Shown: positions 20,041 through 30,258, counted from the stretch's first letter. The stretch: DNA of 64,000 bases from a bacterium (GCA_021463485.1 JAJTYJ010000002.1:32673-96672), one strand, 5' to 3'. Notes: generated by a model from the letters alone, not told the origin. Numbers and translations: made by a program.

Positions 20041-20408
20041 GCGCTCGGAAGGTGTTACTAATTGAGGACAACGAAGAGTTACGAAGACTATATTCGGAAG
20101 TGTTTAAACGGCACGACTTCACTGTTTACGAAGCAGGAGATGGCCAAACCGGAGTTGATTACGCACTAATGTACCGTCCGGACGCGATTATTCTCGATTT
20201 AATGTTGCCGCGCCAAGGTGGATTAGGGGCGCTGCGAGTGTTTCGTTCGCACCCGGAGTCGAAACACGTGCCGATTTTTATCTTAACGGCTCTACCAAAC
20301 CCCGAGTACCAGCAGATGGCTGAGGGGCGAGTACAAGGATATTTTCTAAAAACCCAAATAAAGCCAAAAGAACTCGTTGACGCTGTCTCAAAAGCGCTTA
20401 CGGCTTAG
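20037..20408 (+). CDS. single-domain response regulator (receiver)
   Basis: LLIEDN, ILDLMLP (phospho-Asp), LTA, K. ATGA overlap with the ATPase stop. Confidence 0.92.
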   Translation: MSARKVLLIEDNEELRRLYSEVFKRHDFTVYEAGDGQTGVDYALMYRPDAIILDLMLPRQGGLGALRVFRSHPESKHVPIFILTALPNPEYQQMAEGRVQGYFLKTQIKPKELVDAVSKALTA

Positions 20409-20468
20409 GCGATACTCTCGACCAGAAGTGAATTTTTCTATAGAATTATTTTGTTACAACAGGTTACT

Positions 20469-20542
20469 GGTCCCGTCGTCTAGTGGCCTAGGATATCTGG
20501 TTCTCATCCAGAAGATCACGGGTTCGAATCCCGTCGGGACCG
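20469..20542 (+). tRNA. tRNA-Glu(CTC)
   Basis: Acceptor GGTCCCG/CGGGACC, anticodon arm TCTGG-TTCTCAT-CCAGA, T-loop GTTCGAATC. CCA not encoded. Confidence 0.96.
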
Positions 20543-20566
20543 CAATTTTCTGTTAGGATTGAGCTG

Positions 20567-22309
20567 ATGAAACGCTTAGCGCTCGTTATTGGGTTAATTG
20601 TTTTACTAATATCGCCGATCGCGCACGCTGAGGAGAATTGGCGGATCGCGTCGTTCAATTCAGCGATCGTTATCGAAAAAGACGGTAAAGTGACGATCAC
20701 AGAAACGATCGCTGCTGATTTCGGTAGCGAATTTAAACACGGGATCTTTCGGGACATTCCCGAGATTTATACTAACCAGGACGGTAAGACCTACACGAAT
20801 ATCTCAGTTATAGCTATTAAACAGGATAGTCAGGAAGCGGTATATTCTTTAACTCGTGATAATGGGTATCTGCGGATTAAAATCGGTGATCCCAATAGAA
20901 CAGTAACGGGCGTAATTACCTACGTGATCACCTACAGCGTTGTCGGGGTTTTACGATCGTTCGATTCGTTCGACGAGCTCTACTGGAACGTAACCGGCAC
21001 GGATTGGCCGGTGCCGATCGGGACAGTTAACGCCACCGTTACTCTACCGAGCGAGAAAATTATACAGGTTGCGTGTTATAGCGGTAGTAGCGGCAGTACC
21101 GATCGCTGTAACGAGAACCAGACAGATAGACAAGCACAATTTAACGGCGGACCGCTCTTGGCCAACCAGGGCTTAACCCTAGCCGTCGGTTACACAAAAG
21201 GCCTGGTTCCGATTCTTCAAGGAGTGAAACCGCCAGTACCGTATCTTTGGCTTAGTGTTATCCTGCTAGTTTTAGGTCTAATCCTAATGCCGATCTATTA
21301 TCTGCGTCGCTGGTACAAACACGGTCGCGACGAATGGTACGCTCGTAAGAATTTGCACGATCCCAACACAACAATTAAGACGGTGCCGTTTTTTGCAAAA
21401 GAAACGATCGTACCTGAGTACGCCGCGCCGAATCAGCTCCGACCGGCTGAAATCGGGGTCTTAGTAGACGAGCGGGCAGATACGCTGGATGTCTCGGCCA
21501 CAATTGTGGATTTAGCGATTCGCGGACACCTAACTATCACTGAGAAACCGAAAAAATGGGTATTTGGAGCCAGCGACTACACTCTTACTCGAGTCCCCAA
21601 TAGCAAAGATCAACTGCACGGATACGAGCAGAAGTTGTTGTCGTTGCTTTTTCAAGACGGCGACAGCGTCGATCTTTCGTCGTTAAAAAATACGTTTCAC
21701 GCCTCGCTTAAGAGCGTCCAAGACGACCTCTACGCTCAAGTTACCGATCGGAAGCTTTTCGTCGAGAATCCTCAGTCGGTTCGTGCCACCGCCTTAACAA
21801 TCCCAATTATTCAGCTGATACTTGCCGGCGTTGCCCTTGGTTTTAGCGCTGATTCCCAAAATGTTTGGCTGATCGTAGCCTTAGTGTCTCTGTTACTAAG
21901 CGCGATTCTCGGCGTTGCGTTATCAACTAAGATGCCGCGACGGAGCGCCGAGGGTCGCGAGGCGCTTCGAAAGACGCTCGGTTATAAGCTGTTTCTCTCT
22001 CAAACTGAAAAGTACCGTCAACCGTTTTTAGAGAATCATAATTTATTTATGGACGTTTTGCCGTACGCCATGGTATTTGGTGTAACTAAAAAACTGGCTG
22101 AGTCAATGGAAAGAATCGGTGCCCATCCAGCGCAGCCGAGTTGGTATTACGGCGTGACGCCGTGGAACCCAGTATTATTTACGCAAAATATCGGCACCGT
22201 TTCGGCAGCGATGAATACGGCGATGGCTTCGACCCCGGGCAGCTCGGGCTCAGGCGGCGGCGGATTTTCCGGCGGCGGATTCGGAGGCGGTGGCGGCGGA
22301 AGTTGGTAA
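20567..22309 (+). CDS. DUF2207 family membrane protein
   Basis: Signal peptide, HGIFRDIP, ELYWNVTG, LPYAMVFG, terminal GGGFSGGGFGGGGGGSW. Confidence 0.9.
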   Translation: MKRLALVIGLIVLLISPIAHAEENWRIASFNSAIVIEKDGKVTITETIAADFGSEFKHGIFRDIPEIYTNQDGKTYTNISVIAIKQDSQEAVYSLTRDNGYLRIKIGDPNRTVTGVITYVITYSVVGVLRSFDSFDELYWNVTGTDWPVPIGTVNATVTLPSEKIIQVACYSGSSGSTDRCNENQTDRQAQFNGGPLLANQGLTLAVGYTKGLVPILQGVKPPVPYLWLSVILLVLGLILMPIYYLRRWYKHGRDEWYARKNLHDPNTTIKTVPFFAKETIVPEYAAPNQLRPAEIGVLVDERADTLDVSATIVDLAIRGHLTITEKPKKWVFGASDYTLTRVPNSKDQLHGYEQKLLSLLFQDGDSVDLSSLKNTFHASLKSVQDDLYAQVTDRKLFVENPQSVRATALTIPIIQLILAGVALGFSADSQNVWLIVALVSLLLSAILGVALSTKMPRRSAEGREALRKTLGYKLFLSQTEKYRQPFLENHNLFMDVLPYAMVFGVTKKLAESMERIGAHPAQPSWYYGVTPWNPVLFTQNIGTVSAAMNTAMASTPGSSGSGGGGFSGGGFGGGGGGSW

Positions 22310-22330
22310 CGATTTGGTATACTGCCAGGG

Positions 22331-23473
22331 ATGAAAGACACTCTTGCTGCTCGTTTACTTCTCCTGGCGGTTTTAATCGGATTTTTTACATTTGGCTACG
22401 TCGCGCTCTACAAAAAATCAGATCCAACCGCTAGTAAAACGGATACGCCGTATTCTAAAGAGACTTCGTATACCTGGGAGACAGAAGTTCTGCTAACCGG
22501 GCTTGAGATCCCGTGGGATGTGGCGGTGTTGCCAGACGAAACTCTACTAATTACTGAACGAACCGGCAAGGTTAAACACTGGGACAAGAAAAATCAGCCA
22601 ACAACCGTTGCCGAGATCCCCGTAGCGATCGTCTCCGAGTCGGGGTTAACCGGTGTGGCGATTCACCCGAAATTTGAGAGTAACTCCTACGTTTATTTGT
22701 ACTATACGTATCGATCGGGGGGAGAGCTTAAGAACAAAGTCGTTCGCTACGTGTTTAAAAACGGCGCACTAGCCGAAGATAAAACGATTCTAAATAACTT
22801 AACTGGTGGCCAAATTCATAACGGCGGCCGTTTACGATTCGGACCCGACGAGAAGCTATACGTGTTAACTGGCGATGCTGCACGTCCAGAATTGGCGCAG
22901 CGATCGGATCGACTTGAAGGAAAGGTCCTGAGGATGAACGACGACGGTACTATTCCGGACGACAACCCAACGAAGGGTTCGCTCGTTTACTCGCTTGGTC
23001 ATCGTAATCCCCAGGGCATAACCTGGCACACTTTGACTGAGGAGCTAATTGAAACCGAGCACGGCGAGAGCGCGTACGACGAAGTAAATATTATCGAGCC
23101 AACCAAAAACTACGGCTGGCCGACAGCTCGCAAAGGCGATTTGGATCATCAAAATTTCGTGGCGCCGCTACTTTCAAGCAATACGGAAACTTGGGCGCCT
23201 TCGGGAATCGATTTTGCCGGATTAAAAATTTGGGATCTGCGCAACGTCGCCATGTTTGCTGGTTTGCGTGGCCAAAAGCTACAGCTAATTGAGATACAGG
23301 ATAAAAAAATTCTCCGGCACGAAACAATTATCGACGGTACCTACGGGCGCTTACGAGCAGTTACGGCGCGCGGCGACGGCGCCTTTTACGTCACAACTAG
23401 TAATCGCGACGGTAGGACCAAACCGACCGAGCAAGACGATCGGCTACTTCTAGTAAAGCCAATTGCAAAATGA
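22331..23473 (+). CDS. PQQ-dependent sugar dehydrogenase (GSDH beta-propeller)
   Basis: LEIPW, HNGGRLRFGPD, GHRNPQG, NYGWP, APSG, YGRLR. Confidence 0.9.
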   Translation: MKDTLAARLLLLAVLIGFFTFGYVALYKKSDPTASKTDTPYSKETSYTWETEVLLTGLEIPWDVAVLPDETLLITERTGKVKHWDKKNQPTTVAEIPVAIVSESGLTGVAIHPKFESNSYVYLYYTYRSGGELKNKVVRYVFKNGALAEDKTILNNLTGGQIHNGGRLRFGPDEKLYVLTGDAARPELAQRSDRLEGKVLRMNDDGTIPDDNPTKGSLVYSLGHRNPQGITWHTLTEELIETEHGESAYDEVNIIEPTKNYGWPTARKGDLDHQNFVAPLLSSNTETWAPSGIDFAGLKIWDLRNVAMFAGLRGQKLQLIEIQDKKILRHETIIDGTYGRLRAVTARGDGAFYVTTSNRDGRTKPTEQDDRLLLVKPIAK

Positions 23474-23605
23474 ATCTCCCCGGGCTTTCGCCCAGGGTAT
23501 CTTCTTGCTTTTTTGAAAAAACATTTCGTTTTCTGAACCTACGAAGCGGAAGCTCTCCATCCCGGCAGCCGATCACGGTTTTTCGGAGGAATAATAAAGC
23601 CGCCC

Positions 23606-23836
23606 TTACGGGCGGATGTTGACGAGGTAGACCTTCTCCAGATCTTTTTTGTAGCGGCGCAGCGCGGGATGATTCACAATCTTCCGAGGGCTGACTCGAT
23701 CAAATAGAATCTGCCCGAGATGGTAGTACATCCGTTCCTGATCACGGCGTTGAGCTGCTTTGATCGCCTGCTCGAAGTGAAAGTTATCACTCGCGATCTG
23801 CTCGCGTTTGCTGATGTGCGTCGATGTTCGTGCCAT
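23606..23836 (-). CDS. hypothetical small basic protein
   Basis: SD GGAGGG before ATG 23836; 76 aa. Confidence 0.5.
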   Translation of the reverse strand: MARTSTHISKREQIASDNFHFEQAIKAAQRRDQERMYYHLGQILFDRVSPRKIVNHPALRRYKKDLEKVYLVNIRP

Positions 23837-23909
23837 GTTCCCTCCACGGACACGAAAAATTATACGCTTGAAACAGGTTTTAAACAAGAATCTTTGCTAC
23901 GATAATGCT

Positions 23910-24785
23910 ATGCCGATCGTACTATTTTGGCTGACACCAGTCTTTCTTTTGATCGTTGTGATACTGCTTTTTTTACAAGAAAAACAGAAGGATAAACCGA
24001 AACTCATTTTGATCGATCCGCTGTTAACCGTCGAATCGCTGCAAATCGCGCGAGTAGTTGGTGATGAAAAGAGTTTGAACCAAGAGTTAGCGATGATTCG
24101 TCGGATACTACCGAACAATCAAACGCATCTTGAGCAAGTTATCCGACTACTAAATCCGGTCGTCCCGTCACGGAACTCGAAACCAACACTTTTAAAACAC
24201 GTTCAACACTCAGAATTTTTAGCCGAGTATCGGTACGAGTACGCCGGCCGAGTTACCTCAATATTATTTGGTCGCTTAGACGAAGTATCTGAGACAGCTC
24301 AGGACTACGGTAATCTCGAGCAGCTGCGAACTCACCAGGAGCGAGCCGATCACGACGGCTTCGCCTCATTCGTTTTAGCCAGACGCGTCGACGCAAAGTT
24401 GATCGAAGGCAGACAGACCTACCGAATACTTGGGCAGCTTATCGTCGAGCCGGAGTTAAATTCTAGCCGCGTTAGCAAAATTCGTTTCGCCGTTGGCGGC
24501 AGTAAGTACGTTTTTCTTTCTTGGCTCGGTTTGGGCGTGAGCACAAAAATCGCCGAAACGATATTCCCTGCTGCTCAGTTTATTAGCGCTTCTGCGATCG
24601 CGACGCGCCAGCTCCAACCAAAAAACCGCGAGGCGATATTGGAACGAGCAACGATCTACGCTAACACCACGCTCAACGATCGTTACGAGGCTGTTCAGTT
24701 CTGGCGACACAAAACTGAACCAATCTTCCTTGGGACTAACGCTGATGATCGCGATCATCTTCCGTGCCATCATGTCGCTCTGTAA
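23910..24785 (+). CDS. single-TM protein resembling a degenerate P-type ATPase cytoplasmic (P/N) domain
   Basis: N-terminal TM. Motif order is colinear with the neighbouring ATPase, but the catalytic motifs are eroded (see findings). Confidence 0.6.
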   Translation: MPIVLFWLTPVFLLIVVILLFLQEKQKDKPKLILIDPLLTVESLQIARVVGDEKSLNQELAMIRRILPNNQTHLEQVIRLLNPVVPSRNSKPTLLKHVQHSEFLAEYRYEYAGRVTSILFGRLDEVSETAQDYGNLEQLRTHQERADHDGFASFVLARRVDAKLIEGRQTYRILGQLIVEPELNSSRVSKIRFAVGGSKYVFLSWLGLGVSTKIAETIFPAAQFISASAIATRQLQPKNREAILERATIYANTTLNDRYEAVQFWRHKTEPIFLGTNADDRDHLPCHHVAL

Positions 24786-24814
24786 ACTTAACCAATTCAG
24801 GGTAAAATACGAGC

Positions 24815-26056
24815 ATGAACAAAGAAGTTCTCCAACCACTTTCAGGGTTCAGAGATTACAGCGGTCCGACCAAGGACTGGCTGATTGCTGGATTGCGCAA
24901 GGTTTTTCTCCAGTACGGCTATCAACCACTTGAAACCCCGGCGATCGAACGACAAGAACTTCTCCTCAAAGATTACGGTGAAGAGGCGCAGAAGTTGCTG
25001 TATTTATTTGAAGATAACGGCAAACGTAAAGTTGGTTTACGTTACGATTTAACGCTGCCGCTGGCACGATTCTACGCGGCCAACTATCAATCGTTACCGA
25101 CGCCGTATAAGCGATTCGAGATCGGTCCGGTTTGGCGGGCGGAACGCGCCCAAAAAGGCCGCCTACGCCAATTTACGCAAGCTGACATCGATATTGTTGG
25201 CGCACCCGGCCTGGCTGCCGAAAAAGAGATACTTTCAATCGTCGCTGGGGTAGAGCGTACGGTTGGTTTAACGTTTGAAGTACAACTAAACGATCGGGCG
25301 GTAGTAGCGGCCGTCTTTAATAAACTTAAAATTGTCGAAGGCTCACGCCAGAAGCTGCTACAAACGCTAGATAAAAAAGACAAAATTTCCGAAGAAGCGC
25401 TAGTTGAAGAGCTCTTAAAGCTTGGCGTCACCGATGTTCAACTTCGCCAAATACGATCGCTATTTCTTGAAAATGAAACGCTCGAAGACGTTGCTCGATT
25501 AGTTGGCGAAGAAGTAATAGCGCCGATTGTTGAGCTAATGGAAACAGCTCGACGGATCGGTGTAAACGCAGCATTTATTCCAAGCATGGTTCGCGGGCTC
25601 GATTATTACACTGGTACGATTATCGAATGTCGGGTTGAGGGTTACCCGTCGAGCGTTGCCGGCGGCGGTCGGTACGATAATCTCGTTGAGGGCTTAATCG
25701 GTCAAAGAGTACCAGCTGTGGGCGTGTCGTTTGGTGTTGATCGCTTAGTCGATATTCTAGATCAGCAGGGCCAAACGAACGACTCCGCGATGTTCATCGC
25801 CCGATTACCTGAAACGAGTTCAGAACTCGATCCTTGGGTTGAAAACTTACGGCAAGCTGGCTGTAACATTGAAGTCTTTTTGGATGAGGCTGTTGAGCTT
25901 GGTAAGCAAATAAAATACGCCGACAAACGCGGCTATCAAGAGATGCTAATCCCACTATTAGAAGATTGGAAGCAGGGAAAGATCGTACGAAAAAACCTGC
26001 AAAGCGGGGCACAAGAATCGATTCCAAGGGAACGGATTACGAATGCCGGAGCGTAA
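24815..26056 (+). CDS. hisS: histidine--tRNA ligase
   Basis: LRYDLT, WRAERAQKGRLRQFTQ, RGLDYYTG, GGGRYD. Confidence 0.97.
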   Translation: MNKEVLQPLSGFRDYSGPTKDWLIAGLRKVFLQYGYQPLETPAIERQELLLKDYGEEAQKLLYLFEDNGKRKVGLRYDLTLPLARFYAANYQSLPTPYKRFEIGPVWRAERAQKGRLRQFTQADIDIVGAPGLAAEKEILSIVAGVERTVGLTFEVQLNDRAVVAAVFNKLKIVEGSRQKLLQTLDKKDKISEEALVEELLKLGVTDVQLRQIRSLFLENETLEDVARLVGEEVIAPIVELMETARRIGVNAAFIPSMVRGLDYYTGTIIECRVEGYPSSVAGGGRYDNLVEGLIGQRVPAVGVSFGVDRLVDILDQQGQTNDSAMFIARLPETSSELDPWVENLRQAGCNIEVFLDEAVELGKQIKYADKRGYQEMLIPLLEDWKQGKIVRKNLQSGAQESIPRERITNAGA

Positions 26057-28919
26057 GTTTGTTGGTAAAAAATTTCCGTCGTTATTTGCGATGGAAGAGT
26101 CGGTGCTCGATTTTTGGCAACGAGACAAAACCTACGAAAAGTCGTTAGAGCAAACTAAAAATGGCGAGGTTTTCTCGTTCTACGACGGCCCGCCGTTTAT
26201 TACCGGCATTCCACACTACGCGACGCTGTTGCCAAGTATCGCCAAAGACGTCGTGCCGAGGTTCCAAACGATGAAAGGGCGTTTTGTACGTAGAACTTGG
26301 GGTTGGGATGTTCACGGATTGCCTGCTGAGAATCAGGTCGAGAAAAAACTCGGGCTGAAATCAAAAAAAGATATACAGACACTGGGTCTGGATAAGTTTA
26401 TCGAGGAGTGCCGTCAGTACGTTTCGGAAGTATCGGGTGCCTGGCGCTGGTATATCGACCATATCGGTCGATGGGCGGATATCGACAACGCGTATCGAAC
26501 CGACAATCTCAACTATATGGAGTCGGTGATGGCGATGTTTAAGCAACTGTACGAACAGGAATTAATTTACCGAGGCCGTCGGGTGTCGTTGTACTGTCCG
26601 CGCTGCGCTACGCCGCTGTCGAAATTTGAGATTACGATGGACGACGGGAACTACAAAGACGTCGAGGATCCAGCCGTTACGGTTTCGTTCCGACTTTTAA
26701 ACGACGATGTGTACCTACTTGCTTGGACAACGACGCCGTGGACGCTACCAGCCAACCTAGCGTTGGCAGTGGACGAGAACGCTGAGTACGTTAAGGTTTC
26801 AGACGGTACTAAACAGTACATTTTGGCGCACCAAGCGCTCGAGCGCTACCAGGACGGATCGCTCGAGGTGATAGAGTACCTCAAAGGTAGCTCGCTCGTA
26901 GGTGAGTCTTACGAGCCGCTTTACACTTTTTTGCCGATCAATGCGGACAAAGATTACAAAGTTCTGCCGGGAACATTTGTTTCGATGGACGAAGGTACCG
27001 GCATTGTTCATATCGCGCCAGGTTTTGGCGAGGACGATACCAAATTAGGCGAAGCGAACGGTTTATCGATGCACGAAACGCTCGACGCGGAGGGCCACTT
27101 TGTAACCGAGGTGAAGCCGTGGGCGGGGATGTATTACAAAAAAGCTAACGATCCGATCACGGAAGATCTTCGTTCGAGAAACCACCTGTTTAAAGAAGAG
27201 CGAATTACGCACTCATATCCGCATTGTTATCGTTGTCAGACGCCGCTTATCTACAAAGCTCAAGTTTCTTGGTATCTGCGTCTGGACCCAATTCGAGATC
27301 AGCTAATTGCGACCAATAAAGACATTAACTGGGTGCCGAAACACTTCGGACCCGGCCGGTTCTTGCACAATTTAGAGAATGCGCCCGATTGGTCGCTGTC
27401 GCGAACCCGTTACTGGGGCTCGCCGATTCCGGTGTGGCAGACCGAAGACGGTGAAATGTTTGTGGCGGGTTCGATCGCTGAGCTCGAGAAGCTCTCCGGT
27501 CAAAAAATTACCGATTTACACCGACCAGCCATCGATAATGTGGTTTTAACACTGCCCTCCGGCAAAAAGGCGACGCGCGTTGAAGAAGTACTAGACTGTT
27601 GGTTCGAGTCTGGCGCTATGCCGTACGCACAGGATCACTATCCGTTTGAAAATAAGCAGTTGTTCGAACGCCACTTTCCGGCGGATTTCATTATCGAGTA
27701 TACCGGGCAGTTGCGCGGCTGGTTTTACTACTTACACGTGCTCTCAAACGCCTTTCGAAAAAGCGTGGCTTTCAAAAACGTCGTCGTTACTGGGGTGCTT
27801 ATGGGCAACGACGGTCGCAAGATGAGCAAATCGTACGGTAACTATCCGGATCCGAAAGCGACAATCGAGAAATACGGCGCCGAGGCGATTCGACTGTATT
27901 TTATGGGCAGTAAAATTATGAGCGGCGAAGACGTAGCGATTACGGAAGACGAGATCCGTGAGCAATCGCGCTTACTGAATGTGTTACACAACAGTTATCA
28001 CTATTTTCTTACCTACGCAGCGCTTCACAGTTGGGAGCCAACTTCATTAGATAAAAGCAATTTACTCGATCGCTGGATTAGTACGCGGGCTGAACAGTTG
28101 GTTGACGAAATTAATAGCAATTTAAGCTCGCTTAGCCTTCAAGCCGCCACGAAAGCGATTCGGCCGTTTATCGAGGATTTGTCTACTTGGTATATCCGTC
28201 GCAATCGAGATCGTTTTGTTGCTGGCGACAAGGCCGCGCTCCAAACCCTCTACGAAGTAATGCATCTATTCAGTCGGGCGATCGCCCCGATTCTACCGTT
28301 CTCGGCCGAGGTAATCTTCCAAGGTCTCGAGCGCGCCGAACAATCTGTTCACCTCCAGTCGTTCCCTGAACCAAACGTCGTTGGCGTAGAGGAGAATCAA
28401 GAGCTACTAGAAAAAATGGAGCTGGTTCGTTCGATCTGCTCAAACGGTAATATGCTGCGAAGCCAAGCCGGTGTGTCGCTTCGCCAGCCGCTCGCCGCTG
28501 TCCGCCTTTTTGGCTACAAGGAACTTGAAAACGAACCAGAGTACCAAGCGATCATTACAGACGAGCTCAACGTTAAAGCCATCGAGTTTGGCCCGGTTAA
28601 AAAAAGTTGGGTTAAGTTGGAAGACCGCGGCAAAGAGATCGGACTTGATACTACAGTTACTGCCGAACTTGCTGCTGAAGGAAGATATCGTGAATTGCTC
28701 CGCAAGCTTCAAGATGCCCGCAAGAAGGCTGGTTTGAACGTCGGAGAGAGGGTCTCGGCTAAAATCTTTGCAGAAGGAAATGCTCTAGAAATTATAAAGC
28801 AGTTTTCTACTGATCTTACCAAGGCTGCTTCGCTCCAGAACCTTGAGCTACTCCCCGATAATTCTGAAGAATTAACCCAGCTTCCAGACGAAGACATCTG
28901 GTACAAATTCGGCAACTAA
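26043..28919 (+). CDS. ileS: isoleucine--tRNA ligase (IleRS2 type)
   Basis: DGPPF, GWDVHGLP, WTTTPWTLP, SRTRYWG, KMSKSYGNYPDP. Confidence 0.97.
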   Translation: MPERKFVGKKFPSLFAMEESVLDFWQRDKTYEKSLEQTKNGEVFSFYDGPPFITGIPHYATLLPSIAKDVVPRFQTMKGRFVRRTWGWDVHGLPAENQVEKKLGLKSKKDIQTLGLDKFIEECRQYVSEVSGAWRWYIDHIGRWADIDNAYRTDNLNYMESVMAMFKQLYEQELIYRGRRVSLYCPRCATPLSKFEITMDDGNYKDVEDPAVTVSFRLLNDDVYLLAWTTTPWTLPANLALAVDENAEYVKVSDGTKQYILAHQALERYQDGSLEVIEYLKGSSLVGESYEPLYTFLPINADKDYKVLPGTFVSMDEGTGIVHIAPGFGEDDTKLGEANGLSMHETLDAEGHFVTEVKPWAGMYYKKANDPITEDLRSRNHLFKEERITHSYPHCYRCQTPLIYKAQVSWYLRLDPIRDQLIATNKDINWVPKHFGPGRFLHNLENAPDWSLSRTRYWGSPIPVWQTEDGEMFVAGSIAELEKLSGQKITDLHRPAIDNVVLTLPSGKKATRVEEVLDCWFESGAMPYAQDHYPFENKQLFERHFPADFIIEYTGQLRGWFYYLHVLSNAFRKSVAFKNVVVTGVLMGNDGRKMSKSYGNYPDPKATIEKYGAEAIRLYFMGSKIMSGEDVAITEDEIREQSRLLNVLHNSYHYFLTYAALHSWEPTSLDKSNLLDRWISTRAEQLVDEINSNLSSLSLQAATKAIRPFIEDLSTWYIRRNRDRFVAGDKAALQTLYEVMHLFSRAIAPILPFSAEVIFQGLERAEQSVHLQSFPEPNVVGVEENQELLEKMELVRSICSNGNMLRSQAGVSLRQPLAAVRLFGYKELENEPEYQAIITDELNVKAIEFGPVKKSWVKLEDRGKEIGLDTTVTAELAAEGRYRELLRKLQDARKKAGLNVGERVSAKIFAEGNALEIIKQFSTDLTKAASLQNLELLPDNSEELTQLPDEDIWYKFGN

Positions 28920-28963
28920 GTACCGCTTTCGCTCGAGGTAAGTTCGGTTACAATAAGGACGGA

Positions 28964-29635
28964 ATGATGACTACGGCGCAGTACGTCGCTGCGTTTATTT
29001 CTTGGGTACTCTTAAAGACTTTTACACGTTTTGAAATTCTAGGTAGAGAAAATCTTAAAGAGGTGTCGCGCCCATTTATTGTTGTATCTAATCACGAGAG
29101 CCATCTAGATCCGCAGTTAACAGGAGTAGCGTTACTGTATCGACCGTCGTTATATCCACTAAGGTTTATGGCGAAAAACGAGCTGTTCCGAATCCCGTTA
29201 TTAAATGTAGTTATTTGGTTGTTAGGGGCGTTCAAAGCGCATCGCAAACAAGGAATAGGTAAGTCGCTTCTAACCCCAACTAAAATCCTAGAAAAAGGCG
29301 GCTCCGTTATTCTGTTCCCAGAAGGAAAAATTATTCCTGAGCGACCAAAGCTTGGTGAGGGGCGACGCGGCGCAGCGATTTTGGCGCTAACTACCCGGGC
29401 AGCGCTTTTGCCAATCTCGCTTCATACACCGCACGGCTTAACGCCGTGGCGATTTATTGCGACTCGCCCAAAGATTGTTATTCGTATTGGCACACCGTTT
29501 TACCTGAACAACTTAGATTACCCAGATTTCTCCGATGAAAATACGTACAGAGCTACCCAAGAAATAATGCAAAAAATCGCGGATTTATACTACGAACACG
29601 ATTATTTACCCGTAAATAAAAAAAGCCCCAAATAG
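28964..29635 (+). CDS. 1-acyl-sn-glycerol-3-phosphate (lysophospholipid) acyltransferase family protein
   Basis: NHESHLD (HX4D), FMAK.ELF, FPEG. Confidence 0.9.
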   Translation: MMTTAQYVAAFISWVLLKTFTRFEILGRENLKEVSRPFIVVSNHESHLDPQLTGVALLYRPSLYPLRFMAKNELFRIPLLNVVIWLLGAFKAHRKQGIGKSLLTPTKILEKGGSVILFPEGKIIPERPKLGEGRRGAAILALTTRAALLPISLHTPHGLTPWRFIATRPKIVIRIGTPFYLNNLDYPDFSDENTYRATQEIMQKIADLYYEHDYLPVNKKSPK

Positions 29636-29639
29636 GGGC
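29618..29639 (-). terminator. intrinsic terminator for the minus-strand island operon
   Basis: Minus strand GCCCC-TATTT-GGGGC-TTTTTTT. Confidence 0.65.
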
Positions 29640-29643
29640 GGGG

Positions 29644-30255
29644 TTACTGGTCGAGTAGCCTTAAAACTTGTCGAACATTCTTACGAACGCTCAACTGGCC
29701 GTTGATGTGATGAAGAGTTGGGAAGTGTTTGCACACTTTACGGTATTGCTCATAGGAGCGAAGGATACTCTCATAGTCCTCAATAGTTGCTGGCAGTCCA
29801 TATGTGCTTCTTCTTTTTGCTCGTTCTATTACTCGACGAGCACATAGCACTGGGTCAGCCATAAATAAGAATATCTCTGAGGGGACAATAGCGCCCGCGC
29901 ACTCGTTCGCTGATAGTATTGCCTCCGGCTGTTGACCATCAAACGACTGGTAAACCATGCTAGTCCAAACAGATCGATCAAAGATGACTATGTTACTTGC
30001 AGAAATTTTGTCTGCTAGGCTAGCGTGAACCTCGGCTCTACATTCAGCAATCTCCTTCACCTTCCTAGCTGTGAATAGCTTTTCTTCGTGCGGAAGATTG
30101 TGCCAAGCAGAGATGTACGAGCGAAGAGGTTCGTGCTCTTTCTCGTTAATTCGTAGGATGTTCAAGCCCCTTTTGTCTAGTATTGATGATACTATCCTGC
30201 AACACGTGGTCTTCCCGGCGCCACTGACGCCCTCAAATGCGATTATTCTCGGCAT
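29644..30255 (-). CDS. thymidylate/deoxynucleoside-monophosphate kinase-like P-loop protein
   Basis: IIAFEGVSGAGKTT, FDRS..TSMVYQ. Confidence 0.85.
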   Translation of the reverse strand: MPRIIAFEGVSGAGKTTCCRIVSSILDKRGLNILRINEKEHEPLRSYISAWHNLPHEEKLFTARKVKEIAECRAEVHASLADKISASNIVIFDRSVWTSMVYQSFDGQQPEAILSANECAGAIVPSEIFLFMADPVLCARRVIERAKRRSTYGLPATIEDYESILRSYEQYRKVCKHFPTLHHINGQLSVRKNVRQVLRLLDQ

Positions 30256-30258
30256 ATA

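Noticed and set aside
13966-20542. Possible integrative element at tRNA-Gln or tRNA-Glu
   Set aside because: No integrase and no duplicated tRNA 3' end seen.
22240-22309. Gly-rich low-complexity repeat
   Set aside because: Normal DUF2207 C-terminus.
23474-23605. Hairpins between convergent genes as a possible ncRNA
   Set aside because: A short imperfect GC hairpin (about 23478-23497) is adequately explained as a terminator; no further supportable structure.
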